A DNA stretch of 64,000 bases, from assembly GCA_017438975.1 (NCBI GenBank), contig JAFRUH010000019.1:12656-76655 (forward strand), given 5' to 3'. Position numbers and translations under genes: made by a program. The notes beneath the pieces are model-generated. The model made no database searches and had not been told where the DNA came from. It saw nothing but the letters and a program-made list of their open reading frames with translations. How positions within the stretch are numbered: the first letter of the stretch is position 1; every line of letters starts with the position of its first letter. Below are positions 38,910 to 49,291 of the stretch, piece after piece. Source of the DNA: Bacteroidales bacterium. Lineage in GTDB: Bacteria > Bacteroidota > Bacteroidia > Bacteroidales > UBA932.

Positions 38910-40258
38910 TATTGGGAATCAATGAATACTACAGAATGTCTTTTATAATAATCTTCTAGGATTGATGTCATTGCAAAATACTCTTTTTTTGACAATTTAG
39001 AGTACAACAATCTATCTGACAAAACAATACTTGCGAACTCTTTAATCTCATACCTCAACCCCTCTCCCGAATAAGGGTAGAAATACTTCTTATTTTGGTT
39101 TTGGTCTTCATATCTGATCTCGAAGTAATCCGTTTTCCACCATGGCGCCGGGACATAGGCATATCCTTTTGTTCCAGAAATGACCATATTACCTTCTGAT
39201 TTGACTCCCAATCCGACCTGGAAGGAGGCAATCGCAGATTGATACTGAATAACTGCTTTAGTATAGATATCAACACCATTTCGCATCTTTGAATAGAATC
39301 GAATATCCTTATAGTCAGTTCCCAACAATTTAAAGATTGGAAGCAAAGGGAAACATGCATTCTCACTCATACTTCCGCCTAAAAACGCCTTATCTAACTT
39401 TTGAGAAGACTCATCTGTCAATGTCGTAACAGAGGCATTGACATCGACGATTTCACCTATCATCCCAGACTTGAGAAGAGTGATCAGGTGGCCAAATGCC
39501 GGGCAATATGCAGTCTTCAGAGCGACCATCATTACAAGGTTATTCTCTTCAGCAATCTTAAATAACTCTTCCGCCTCTGATCGCTTGAATACAAAAGGAG
39601 TTTCGCACAAGACATGTTTCCCTGCAATTAAAGCCCTGTTTGAATAATCATAATGCGTAATATGAGGAGAAGCGATATATACCGCAGTACAATTCTCCAA
39701 TAATTCCTCAAATGAAGAGGCGACTGTGGGAATTGAAAACTCCTGACAGAAAGACCGGCATTCATCCTGATTAGGATTAAAAGCACCTGTGATCTCTACA
39801 CTATTAACAAAACCAGCCTCTGGAACAAATCTTCTGGCAATACTGCCCGTCCCGACGATCCCAATTTTTACAGATGGCCTCTCTTGTCGAAGTTGCGTGC
39901 TTGATATGCCCTCTGTTCTAGGAAGATATACCACCTCACAGAACTCTTTCAGATAATCGAAATAACCGACCCAATCAGAGCCTATCGCAAAAATGTCAAC
40001 ACCATACTTTTGGATATCATCGATCTTCTGCCCCTTATATTCCTCAATGATAATCTGGTCAGCTAAACCGGTTGAGCGAACGGCTTCTATCCGCTCCATT
40101 ACGTTATTACAGGTATTCAGTTTGCCTCGTTCTAAGTCAAAGTTATCTGTCGTCACCCCGACAATCAGCCAGTTTCCCAGCTCTTTCGCTCTCTTCAGCA
40201 GGTTTAAATGTCCCTGATGAAAGAGATCAAACGTTCCGTATGTGATTACTTTCTTCAT
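38909..40258 (-). CDS. TagD-type cytidylyltransferase fused to Gfo/Idh/MocA oxidoreductase
   Basis: N-term YGTFDLFHQGH, GSDW, RTEGISST; then GIVGTGSIA, ASPH, HVLCETP. Confidence 0.9.
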   Translation of the reverse strand: MKKVITYGTFDLFHQGHLNLLKRAKELGNWLIVGVTTDNFDLERGKLNTCNNVMERIEAVRSTGLADQIIIEEYKGQKIDDIQKYGVDIFAIGSDWVGYFDYLKEFCEVVYLPRTEGISSTQLRQERPSVKIGIVGTGSIARRFVPEAGFVNSVEITGAFNPNQDECRSFCQEFSIPTVASSFEELLENCTAVYIASPHITHYDYSNRALIAGKHVLCETPFVFKRSEAEELFKIAEENNLVMMVALKTAYCPAFGHLITLLKSGMIGEIVDVNASVTTLTDESSQKLDKAFLGGSMSENACFPLLPIFKLLGTDYKDIRFYSKMRNGVDIYTKAVIQYQSAIASFQVGLGVKSEGNMVISGTKGYAYVPAPWWKTDYFEIRYEDQNQNKKYFYPYSGEGLRYEIKEFASIVLSDRLLYSKLSKKEYFAMTSILEDYYKRHSVVFIDSQ

Positions 40259-41301
40259 GCTTCCTCAAATTCTCTAATTCGAGCGGCTAATTCAATCAGT
40301 TCCTCATCAGATTGTAAGCCCATATGTGACACCCTATAAAACCCAGGAATGGATCCAGGCATAATAAACGTCTGATACTTTTCGATTAATCCACGGAAGA
40401 TCTTTCGTTCTTTTGTATCCTTCGTCTGGAAGCCAGTAATGGCATAGGATGGCACTTCAGCAGGTATCGGCCAACCATATCCCTGACACAATTTGCGAAA
40501 TACTCCTGCGCGATGACGGACCGAAGAAATATTCACATACTCTCCCCCTTCTTCCTTTAATTGAATAAGGCGTTCGTGAAGTTGTAAATAGAGAATCGTG
40601 GCTGGACTGAAAGGAGTCTGACCTCTGGTAAGATTGGATAGATTATCGTTGAAATCCCAGTAATAACCATTATGCGCGAATGGGTAGCCATCCACGTTCT
40701 TGCTTAGGAAAAGGATAGACAATCCTGGTGGAATGTTAAGCCCTTTTTGAGTGCTGGTAATACAAATATCAATGCCCAAATCATCCATATTCAACTCTTC
40801 CGCCAAAAAGGTGCTGATTACATCTACGACTATGGAGACTCTATTCTTATGACAAATATCACTAATCCGTTGAAGATCAAACAATTGTCCAGATGAAGTT
40901 TCATGGTGCTGGCATAGGAAAACATCCGGCTTTTCGTCTGCAACAACTCTCTCTAGATCATCATAATCAATATCCTTGGCAAATGGGACCTGGTAATGGA
41001 CTACAGGAACAGAATAATACTGACATAGATCAAACCAACGATGTCCAAATGACCCGCCATCTATGACAATAGCTTTATTTTTTGTCTTAACGTAGTTTTC
41101 CACAACTGCACTCATCGCGCCAGTTCCAGATCCGGTATAGATGATAGTTCGGCCTTGGGAGCAATGGATCAAATCAAGCAAAATCCTCTCTGATTCTTTA
41201 TTGATCTCAGAGAACTCATCTGTTCTCATGTACATAAACGGCTGAGAGCCAATCGACATGATTCGCTCATCAATATCGCCAGGGAATGCGTAGGATCTCA
41301 T
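40255..41301 (-). CDS. Class V PLP-dependent aminotransferase-like enzyme
   Basis: GSGTGAM, HHETSSG, VDVIS, TSTQKGLNIPPG (PLP lysine), RVSHMG. Confidence 0.88.
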   Translation of the reverse strand: MRSYAFPGDIDERIMSIGSQPFMYMRTDEFSEINKESERILLDLIHCSQGRTIIYTGSGTGAMSAVVENYVKTKNKAIVIDGGSFGHRWFDLCQYYSVPVVHYQVPFAKDIDYDDLERVVADEKPDVFLCQHHETSSGQLFDLQRISDICHKNRVSIVVDVISTFLAEELNMDDLGIDICITSTQKGLNIPPGLSILFLSKNVDGYPFAHNGYYWDFNDNLSNLTRGQTPFSPATILYLQLHERLIQLKEEGGEYVNISSVRHRAGVFRKLCQGYGWPIPAEVPSYAITGFQTKDTKERKIFRGLIEKYQTFIMPGSIPGFYRVSHMGLQSDEELIELAARIREFEEA

Positions 41302-41309
41302 ACAATATA

Positions 41310-42212
41310 TTAATTATCCAACTCGATTAAACGTAAAGGGTGTCGCCATCTTTTCTCAATAGGCGGCAAAGACATATAATCAGGCCCAAATTCTGTTTCC
41401 AAATACAATTCTATCTTCCCCGGAACCGGACAACTTACCCCTTCATACTTGTTATACGCAACAGGAAGATACATATCTTTGCTCCTTGGAGTCCATCCAT
41501 AATCCCCTGTCGGAGAGTGCAGCATACCTGTTTCTTTTTTAAGAGACACAAAAGAATCGAAAATCTGCCCCCATTTATCCAATGAAAAGAATGAGAAAAA
41601 AAAGCCAATTGATCGCCTAAGGTAATAGTTGATTTTCAAATCAGGTTTACTCGTCATAAAAGAACGATAAATCTTTGACTTGTTCCTATACATAAGGACA
41701 CATCCGAAAATAAAAATCAATGCAAGAGAACTATATTTCATATAGAACCTCTTCATCCTCCCCTGTGGCATATTCTCCAAAGGAAATATATCGATATATG
41801 CACCACAATACTCATTATCTTGGGCATCGATTGACAAGAACTTGCTTCGCTTATCTATTACTTTTCCAAATAAGCATGTTGTATAACCTCCAAGTAAAGG
41901 AGATGTAACATAATACTTATCTCCATATTCAGAAGGAAACAAGTGAATAAACTTGAGATAATCATCTTTAGGCATAAAAACATCAATATCATCATCCCAT
42001 GGTATGAACCCTTGATGACGATATGCTCCTAAAGCAGAACCATACGCAAGCATCACAGTTAAATCATGCTTCTCACAAAAGGCCTTAATATCCAACCAAA
42101 TGCAAGTAAGATACTTGTGTAAATCAGATAATTCTTTATCAGAAAGAGCGTGAAGATATTCTGATTCATAAGAATACTTCATTATCAGCGTCCTTGTTCT
42201 TAACAGTGCCAT
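41310..42212 (-). CDS. LicD family phosphotransferase
   Basis: YGSALGAYRHQGFIPWDDDID, IDIFPLE, FGPDYMSLPP. Confidence 0.92.
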   Translation of the reverse strand: MALLRTRTLIMKYSYESEYLHALSDKELSDLHKYLTCIWLDIKAFCEKHDLTVMLAYGSALGAYRHQGFIPWDDDIDVFMPKDDYLKFIHLFPSEYGDKYYVTSPLLGGYTTCLFGKVIDKRSKFLSIDAQDNEYCGAYIDIFPLENMPQGRMKRFYMKYSSLALIFIFGCVLMYRNKSKIYRSFMTSKPDLKINYYLRRSIGFFFSFFSLDKWGQIFDSFVSLKKETGMLHSPTGDYGWTPRSKDMYLPVAYNKYEGVSCPVPGKIELYLETEFGPDYMSLPPIEKRWRHPLRLIELDN

Positions 42213-42220
42213 TACTTCAT

Positions 42221-43111
42221 TTATCTATTGACATACCTGATATAAAGATTGAGTAAGGCCCCAAAAGGTAGAGCAAAAATAACCAATAGTTTTCGTGATG
42301 CCTTTCTAATAAACTGTGAATCTTTTGCAAAGATTGCACTTGAAACATAATGGATTGCCTGGCGGAATCTTCGCGAAAAACTGGGAAGAATGTCCATATA
42401 TACATTTCTCGTATACATAAAGCTCTTGGGACTTTTAATATATTGTCGAAAAATCCCAGCAGATAATCCATCTGATTGATATTCTACGACACAATAACAA
42501 TCATTTGTGCATAACAGCAAATAGTCCATTGAAATCTGATAATACACATAATTTACAGTCATATTCTTCTCTCCTGGGAATTCAGGATAAGGAAGGTATT
42601 TTTTTATTATATCCGTCTTGAATACGTATTTCTTATCACCTCTTATCCGATATAATCCCCAAAGATCTTGAACTCGACACTCTTTAAGATCATTTGGGAA
42701 GGGAGTCCCGACGATTTCACCATTCTCATACCTATCAATCCCAATAATACCAGCATACTTACTATCATTTCCAAACTCTCGCCATCTATTAATAATACTT
42801 TCAACAGCATTGTCTGGCAAATAGTCATCAGAATCAATACATACGGCTAATTCTGTTTCAATATGCTGATACGCACAGTTATGAGCAGTATGCATTCCTC
42901 CATTATTTTTATAGTAGTATTCAATGGTTATTATAGCCTGATCTATCCATTCGGCGACAAGTTCTCTAGTATTATCTGTTGATCCATCATCAACGACAAT
43001 CCACTTGAAATCATCAGAAGTCTGTCGACATAAACTGGCATATGTTCGTCCAATTGTATGTGCTCGATTGTACGCAGGAGTAAAAACAGTAAGCGTCTTA
43101 TTCATCATCAA
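42221..43111 (-). CDS. Glycosyltransferase family 2
   Basis: TVFTPAYNR, VDDGSTD, NGGMHTAHN, CIDSDD. Confidence 0.92.
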   Translation of the reverse strand: MMMNKTLTVFTPAYNRAHTIGRTYASLCRQTSDDFKWIVVDDGSTDNTRELVAEWIDQAIITIEYYYKNNGGMHTAHNCAYQHIETELAVCIDSDDYLPDNAVESIINRWREFGNDSKYAGIIGIDRYENGEIVGTPFPNDLKECRVQDLWGLYRIRGDKKYVFKTDIIKKYLPYPEFPGEKNMTVNYVYYQISMDYLLLCTNDCYCVVEYQSDGLSAGIFRQYIKSPKSFMYTRNVYMDILPSFSRRFRQAIHYVSSAIFAKDSQFIRKASRKLLVIFALPFGALLNLYIRYVNR

Positions 43112-43120
43112 AAAACTATG

Positions 43121-44275
43121 CTAAAGAGAATTATAGAAGGAAAGAATTAAAGGCCAAATAATACTATAGTCATATTTTTGAATAACATCTTGACGGCCTG
43201 ATTCCCCATATTTATTTGTCACTCGGGCATTATTAATGAATTGATTTATTTTTGCACATATCGCATCTGAAGAAATATCTACATACTCGCCCGTCTTATA
43301 TTCGACAATAGAATCAATACACCCATGCGACTTAGAAACAATCACTGGTATTCTCATAGACGAAGCCTCGATTACACTTATCCCAAACCCTTCACGATAT
43401 GAGGGGAAAACAAACACATCCATTAATGAGTAATAATACTGCAAATTATGATCAATAAAACCAGTCACAATGATCGAAGAATCATTTCTTATCTGATTCA
43501 TTGTTCTATCTGGTAAAACGTCTCTTTCATCATAAGGCCCTACTAATAGTAACTTTAAAGCTTTTGACTCATTACGCTTTTTTAACAACTGATAGCCTTC
43601 TACAAGTTCACATATCCCTTTATCTGGACATAGTCTTCCGCAAAATCCTATCACATAGTCACTTTCATGAATACCAATCCATTCTGCTATACTCCGTCTT
43701 GTCAAATCATCAATTAAGTCTGGATTAAACTTCCCATGAGTATCAATCCCTCCGCAGGTCCCATGGCCAAGACAGCATTGTTTTTCTGCCCTATTGATGC
43801 TTTCTTTTATAGCGATCTCTCCGATGGATGGACTAACATTTACAATTTTCGTTGCCAAACTGGAAACAAGTTTTTCCTCATTTTTAAAAAGAGTCCTCGT
43901 TAATCCGTGCATGGTTGTATAAATATAGCCATGCCTATAATAAATCCGAGTTCTGACATGCGCAATTTTTGCCGCTATCATTGAGAGTAATGCTCCTTTA
44001 GGAGAATGACCAACAACTATCTGAAAATCATATTGTTTAATATATTTATAGATAATAAATAGAGCCTTGAGATCATTCAGGAAATTGATAGAGCGACTGA
44101 TTGATACGTTTTTAAAAATTAGTTTATTATCCTCAATAAAAGAGCCCTCACTCACGTTCTTATGTGCCAAAACATGTATTTGAAAACCATTGTCGCTCAA
44201 ATAGCGGAATTGACCATCAAAAAATGTTTCCGCCATTGATAGAAGAGTAAAGACATGCAGTATCTTTTTCCCCAT
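43121..44275 (-). CDS. Glycosyltransferase family 4
   Basis: HSPKG, GRLCPDKG, FPSYREGFG...EAS. Confidence 0.92.
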   Translation of the reverse strand: MGKKILHVFTLLSMAETFFDGQFRYLSDNGFQIHVLAHKNVSEGSFIEDNKLIFKNVSISRSINFLNDLKALFIIYKYIKQYDFQIVVGHSPKGALLSMIAAKIAHVRTRIYYRHGYIYTTMHGLTRTLFKNEEKLVSSLATKIVNVSPSIGEIAIKESINRAEKQCCLGHGTCGGIDTHGKFNPDLIDDLTRRSIAEWIGIHESDYVIGFCGRLCPDKGICELVEGYQLLKKRNESKALKLLLVGPYDERDVLPDRTMNQIRNDSSIIVTGFIDHNLQYYYSLMDVFVFPSYREGFGISVIEASSMRIPVIVSKSHGCIDSIVEYKTGEYVDISSDAICAKINQFINNARVTNKYGESGRQDVIQKYDYSIIWPLILSFYNSL

Positions 44276-44277
44276 GT

Positions 44278-44982
44278 TTAGAATTTCGTTCCAAGCAATC
44301 TGTTAATTCTATTCTTGATCAAATGAATTTGGAATCGAAAAGTATAATGATTTAACCAAGAACAATCATAATGATGAATTGATACCGTATTATTTGTCTT
44401 CTTAATAATCCCCGTTGTTGAATCCATTGGACAAAAATAATCTGAAGGGAATATATTAATACCGTCTATCTGCTGAAAGACATCTTCCCTAATCAAACCA
44501 TAATTCATCAAAAGATCAGTAGTATAGTTTACGATCGTTGTTTGGTTAAATGAACTGTCTTCATTAAAAAAATGAATTCCACTATAGTATTCTAATACTT
44601 CTTTATAAAAACCGTGACCCGCCGATACAGCCATGCCCAATCCTGGAGCAACTTTTCCATCAGTCCCAGCTTCCCTGCCAAAGAATGCTCCTTTTTTCAG
44701 TATTGAAGAAAACGACTTGATAACCTCCACATCTGTATCGAAATAAACACCCCCATAATTGAATAATATCCAATATCTCGCGAAGTCACTCACAAAGGCA
44801 TATTTTTTTGCTTCATAAGCTTCCTTTGTATATGGAGTCATATTAATATCAAAGTTATCTTCATTCCATTCTTGTATCTCAAAATCTGGAAAGAACTCTC
44901 TCCAGCTACTGATACATCTCATTGCTGATTTCGGTAGAGGATTTCGACCGAACCAACAGTAATGAATAATCTTAGGGAACAT
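44278..44982 (-). CDS. GT32/Gly_transf_sug (DxD) glycosyltransferase
   Basis: PKIIHYCWFG, AFVSDFARY, GGVYFDTDV; start at MFPKII, just after the EpsG stop. Confidence 0.9.
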   Translation of the reverse strand: MFPKIIHYCWFGRNPLPKSAMRCISSWREFFPDFEIQEWNEDNFDINMTPYTKEAYEAKKYAFVSDFARYWILFNYGGVYFDTDVEVIKSFSSILKKGAFFGREAGTDGKVAPGLGMAVSAGHGFYKEVLEYYSGIHFFNEDSSFNQTTIVNYTTDLLMNYGLIREDVFQQIDGINIFPSDYFCPMDSTTGIIKKTNNTVSIHHYDCSWLNHYTFRFQIHLIKNRINRLLGTKF

Positions 44983-44984
44983 AA

Positions 44985-46100
44985 TTACCAATAAATCAGT
45001 GCCATGAACATTGTAAAAGCCAAATGCGCAACCATGATATTTGCCGTTTTTCTTGGTTGAGTTTTTGGCCATATATTCAGCTTTAATATAGGATAAGCAA
45101 TTATAATCGGATACAAGAACCAAGATAGGTATGCGAAACGATTGGAAAAATCAGATCTGATAACCATTATCCAAAAAGAATTAGCATATATATAAGTCCC
45201 AAGCAAAAAGAGATACGTTCTATCAAAAACTCTTTTTTTGAATATAAAAAAATAACCCAAGAGAACTGGGGCCGAACTATATAACAAGAAATCCCACCGA
45301 AAGCCTGTATATGAAAACAGATCACTATACTCATCACTCTCTATATACTCGGTTAATCTCTCATCGACTCCAAGATTCGCAAAGAAACTAGAGATAAGGT
45401 CTCCTGCTATTAGACTTAATACTATAGACAAGAACCAAAAATAGAACATTATTTTCGGAGATTTGATTAAGAAAGCGACGAACATACAAAGAACCGGTAA
45501 TGCTGCAGATCGATGAAAGAAAATAGCGATAAATGAAAGAATAATACACAACAGTTTATATTCTTTTTTTTCTCCAATCAAGAAAGACATTGCAAGCATA
45601 ACTATACTACATGCGGCTCCATTTCTAATCCCATTAACTGAATATGAATAAAAGGATAGAGCTGCGAAACACATCAAAATACCTATATCATAATTATTAG
45701 TAAGAAAACGATAACAGGATAAAACGATTGGGATGATATACAAAAACTCAATAATTAAAAAAAACCACCTAACATCAAGAGATTGAGCACAATAGTACAT
45801 TATAAGATAGAAGAGAGAATCCTCTGATCCAACAACAGTTATTGGGGCACCATACATACCCTCATAAATTCGCGCATAATTAACAGTATCACCAAATACA
45901 AATGAAACTGGTCGCAAACCAACAACAATAATAAAAGCCACGACATAAGAAAACAATAACAGATGATGTCGTTGAGGTCGCGCCAATAGTTTATAAGAAC
46001 TCAAATATGAACGATTAATTCGAATATAATAAATTAGCGTAAGAAAAAAAACACAAAGTAGATGTATTTTCTCGTACAAATAGGGATTAAACAGTCTCAT
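44985..46100 (-). CDS. EpsG-family Wzy polysaccharide polymerase
   Basis: About 10 TM; GLR....GDT..Y, NGIRNG, FHRSA, NRFAYL. Confidence 0.85.
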   Translation of the reverse strand: MRLFNPYLYEKIHLLCVFFLTLIYYIRINRSYLSSYKLLARPQRHHLLLFSYVVAFIIVVGLRPVSFVFGDTVNYARIYEGMYGAPITVVGSEDSLFYLIMYYCAQSLDVRWFFLIIEFLYIIPIVLSCYRFLTNNYDIGILMCFAALSFYSYSVNGIRNGAACSIVMLAMSFLIGEKKEYKLLCIILSFIAIFFHRSAALPVLCMFVAFLIKSPKIMFYFWFLSIVLSLIAGDLISSFFANLGVDERLTEYIESDEYSDLFSYTGFRWDFLLYSSAPVLLGYFFIFKKRVFDRTYLFLLGTYIYANSFWIMVIRSDFSNRFAYLSWFLYPIIIAYPILKLNIWPKTQPRKTANIMVAHLAFTMFMALIYW

Positions 46101-46140
46101 AGGCTAAAAGAATATCCGATATCATTTCTCTTATCGACAA

Positions 46141-46531
46141 TTAAGTAGAGAACCATATATTAAACAAACTACAATCACCTGGAAAGAGACGCATCATCAA
46201 TAGTTTTGTGATCAACTGCAATCCAATAATCTCGTGAGTAAAAAAATCGATCAGCAAAAATATTATCGACCTAATGACCATCGGGAGAATAATCCTGGAA
46301 AGACGTACTTTAAAAAAAGAAATGATAGGTTTCTCCTTTTACATAATCATAGAACCCGATATCATAAAAAAAAGAATCGACGCACCTGCTACAGAAAAAT
46401 AGTTAGTAACAGCGATGAGTAATTCTCCGCCTCCCGTTCCATTGGGGATCGGCGCATGCGTTATTATCACATAAAGACAGGCGAATGAGCGAACCGCATC
46501 TATCCAGAATTCTCTTTGAGTTTTTTTCCAT
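46141..46531 (-). pseudogene. Truncated Acyltransferase_3 pseudogene (absent from ORF track)
   Basis: Hand translation: ATG overlapping the upstream TAA, extra A in an A7 run, then QREFWIDAVRSFACLYVIITHAPIPNG...LFFMISGSMIM*KEK...RLSRIILP...; in-frame TAA at 46339-46341; ends after about 130 codons. Confidence 0.85.
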
Positions 46532-47742
46532 TAGTCGAGAAGATCTATAATCTTATCTACCTCAGAATCATTTCCATAATCATGAGTAGACAGATACTTC
46601 ATAATCGTACATTGAGTTTGATTATTCTCTGCTAAGGCAATAATCCCCTCCGCACACCCCCGATTATCCTTTGGTACGATGACGCCATCAATCCCGTCCT
46701 TCACCTGATCCTTCGCTGTCGGATAATCAGTAACAATCACCGGTTTGCATAACATCTGGGCTTCTCGGACTGTAACGGAATTCCCTTCATAGCGAGATGG
46801 CTGAACATAGATATCGCACGCCTTAATGTAGGGATAGGGATTACTCTTTTTGCCAAGGATGATCACGTTCTTCTCCATCCCTACTTCCGCAATCTTTTGA
46901 CGAATTAAAGCTTCATCTCCGCCATATCCTATAAGATACCAGGTTACTCGACAATCCATCTCTATTATCCGTCTGCAGATATCCGGGACATTATCGAAGT
47001 TTTTTTGATAATGGAATCTACCAATAGATAGAAAGTTTACATTTCCATCACGTTTCGGCATCTCCTTCTCGATTTCTTCTGATGGGATGAGTTCTGCACG
47101 TTTGCGAACAAACTCTGCGGATAGAATATTATCTATTCTGATTATCCGGTCTTTTAAAGAAGGAAAAACTCTCACGAAACAATCGGTAACCGCATCTGAG
47201 ATAGAGGCGATATAATCATACGATGACCAAACCGGTAGCTCAAGGATAGCATTCACATCAATCTTTGAATAATCCGTATGGATCCACGCTACTTTTTTCT
47301 TAGCCCTTACCTTATCTGAAACGATATTATGAGGTGTCAGGAAACTGATCGCAAGGTCATACTCTCCAAACTTTTCAAGCGAAGGAAGGATCGGTGTAAC
47401 AGAATCAGCGATGTACCCTAACACAGCACTTCCGTCAATAGGATGAGATCTCTTCTTATATCGTCTAAAACGAACCTTTGCCAACAATCGTCTCCATGCA
47501 ATTCGGAAATATCCATCCTTGATGACATCCTTTAGCGGTCTCTCAATCTGCGCATATTCAGGAATCTCAGGATGAAGATGAACCTCCTTAGGGATGAACT
47601 CCATCAACTCTCCCCGATGGCTCCACAAAAACAGATCAACCTCATATTTGCTATAATCTATCGATTGAAGCAAACCGATCAGACTGATCTCGGCTCCGCC
47701 GAGTTCGAGATAATGAATAATAAAAAAGAGTTTCTTTTTCAC
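46531..47742 (-). CDS. Glycosyltransferase family 4-like
   Basis: GGAE, WIHTD, GRFHYQKNF, NPYPY, PSRYEG. Confidence 0.9.
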   Translation of the reverse strand: MKKKLFFIIHYLELGGAEISLIGLLQSIDYSKYEVDLFLWSHRGELMEFIPKEVHLHPEIPEYAQIERPLKDVIKDGYFRIAWRRLLAKVRFRRYKKRSHPIDGSAVLGYIADSVTPILPSLEKFGEYDLAISFLTPHNIVSDKVRAKKKVAWIHTDYSKIDVNAILELPVWSSYDYIASISDAVTDCFVRVFPSLKDRIIRIDNILSAEFVRKRAELIPSEEIEKEMPKRDGNVNFLSIGRFHYQKNFDNVPDICRRIIEMDCRVTWYLIGYGGDEALIRQKIAEVGMEKNVIILGKKSNPYPYIKACDIYVQPSRYEGNSVTVREAQMLCKPVIVTDYPTAKDQVKDGIDGVIVPKDNRGCAEGIIALAENNQTQCTIMKYLSTHDYGNDSEVDKIIDLLD

Positions 47743-47751
47743 TACGAAGAA

Positions 47752-49278
47752 TCAGTAACTCGGCATTAATGATTTAATATAATTCATAAAATCCTTATAT
47801 TGCTCAGAACGGTGAAACGCGAACCAATATAACAGGCATGTCAAGCAAAATGTTATCAGCCCTTTTACTATCATAGACATGAATAATGAACGAATATGAA
47901 TAGTAGAGCAAAGTGAGTAAGAAACAAATAAGCAAATGGCGAAGACGAATGAATAGACAAGTAAGTGCTTAAAATAGTTCCAAAGGCTCTTTTTAAAAAT
48001 GTATTTATAACATAGATTTGGGAATTGCCAAAAACCTATTGATAATATACTGATAGAAGTCGCTAAAAGGACCCCCGTTATACCCAGTTTCTTTACAAAT
48101 AATAGAGATAACACGACATTTATAACTCCCTGCAAAAATGGAGTCCATCGATCTTTTACGAAAATACCCGCCTTTGTTTTAAAAGTTAACGCTGTACTAC
48201 GAATACAATCCAAATAGAAGTTTAGCAGTATCAAACAAACAACTGTATCAGCCATTCTATATTCTGGTCCCAACCACCAATCTATTAATGGAGTAAGGAC
48301 ATTAAAAAGAAGGATTACTGGTATTGATACAAGAAGAAAATTAACGAAAAAACACGTCTTAAAAACAGCGTAAACTTTCTCAGTAGATTCTGAGGCTATA
48401 AGGTTTCCAACACTTGCCGAAAAACTGTCCAAACATTGATTCACCAATGATTTCACCAGACCTGTTATAAGAGTATAATTAGAGAATAAACCTGTAGCTG
48501 CCAAACTTACGAATGATGATATGATGATATTATCAGTTTGGTGCATGAAAAAACCACCAAGTTTATTGATAAAAAGGGCCTTGATATTTGTTATGATATT
48601 TGATTTCGTATTATTGTCGACAGTGTAACGTTCATGAGTTTTAACGTAGGGGAATAGTTGATCTGCCTTGTGAACAACCGCTATATTATATGCTACATTG
48701 AATAGAGACTCAACGACAAGAAATAAAATATAATTCTTTGTGAAATACAAAATCGCCAGTTTTGATATACTAAGCCCAACTTGATAAATAAGATTAATCA
48801 TTGTTAGCTTATATACCTTCTGACTTGCGTTTATCAATGACCACTTATATGCACTGAAATAATTGATAACAGAATTAAAAAGAAAAAGAAAATATACGAC
48901 GCCAACATATCTCAGATTGTTCGCGCCTTTCATAAAATACCCAATAAAAGGATACAAACCAATACCGAGAATGGTGATCCCTATTGCTATCCAAATATAA
49001 ACTCTTCGAAATAACTGTAACAATGCCAGTATCTTTGGACGATTATCTTCTGCCAGTGGTTTATACATATTGTATACGACACTAGTAGCAAAACCACCTT
49101 CCACCAAAGACATTATCCCTAAAATATTGGACAACAGTCCATTAAGGCCAAGATATTCGACACCGACATTATCCACAAATACTTTTCTCGTAACGAAACC
49201 GAGCAACACCATAATTATGGAAACACTCAGTTTGGATATCAGATTCTTTGCAGAATTTTTCGTCCGTGAAGATGACAT
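47752..49278 (-). CDS. wzx: Wzx/MATE-like polysaccharide flippase
   Basis: 12-14 TM; YLGLNGLLSNIL, LYKP-like MYKPLA, TDNIII, WLGPEY. Confidence 0.9.
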   Translation of the reverse strand: MSSSRTKNSAKNLISKLSVSIIMVLLGFVTRKVFVDNVGVEYLGLNGLLSNILGIMSLVEGGFATSVVYNMYKPLAEDNRPKILALLQLFRRVYIWIAIGITILGIGLYPFIGYFMKGANNLRYVGVVYFLFLFNSVINYFSAYKWSLINASQKVYKLTMINLIYQVGLSISKLAILYFTKNYILFLVVESLFNVAYNIAVVHKADQLFPYVKTHERYTVDNNTKSNIITNIKALFINKLGGFFMHQTDNIIISSFVSLAATGLFSNYTLITGLVKSLVNQCLDSFSASVGNLIASESTEKVYAVFKTCFFVNFLLVSIPVILLFNVLTPLIDWWLGPEYRMADTVVCLILLNFYLDCIRSTALTFKTKAGIFVKDRWTPFLQGVINVVLSLLFVKKLGITGVLLATSISILSIGFWQFPNLCYKYIFKKSLWNYFKHLLVYSFVFAICLFVSYSLCSTIHIRSLFMSMIVKGLITFCLTCLLYWFAFHRSEQYKDFMNYIKSLMPSY

Positions 49279-49291
49279 GTTACTTAATAGA

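Noticed and set aside
40255-41301. 2-aminoethylphosphonate (AepXYZ) pathway
   Set aside because: No PEP mutase or phosphonopyruvate decarboxylase in the window, so the class V enzyme is not evidence of phosphonate synthesis.
45000-46100. A/T homopolymers (7-8 nt) in wzy and other cassette genes as phase-variation tracts
   Set aside because: Expected by chance at about 32% GC; frames are intact and runs are short.
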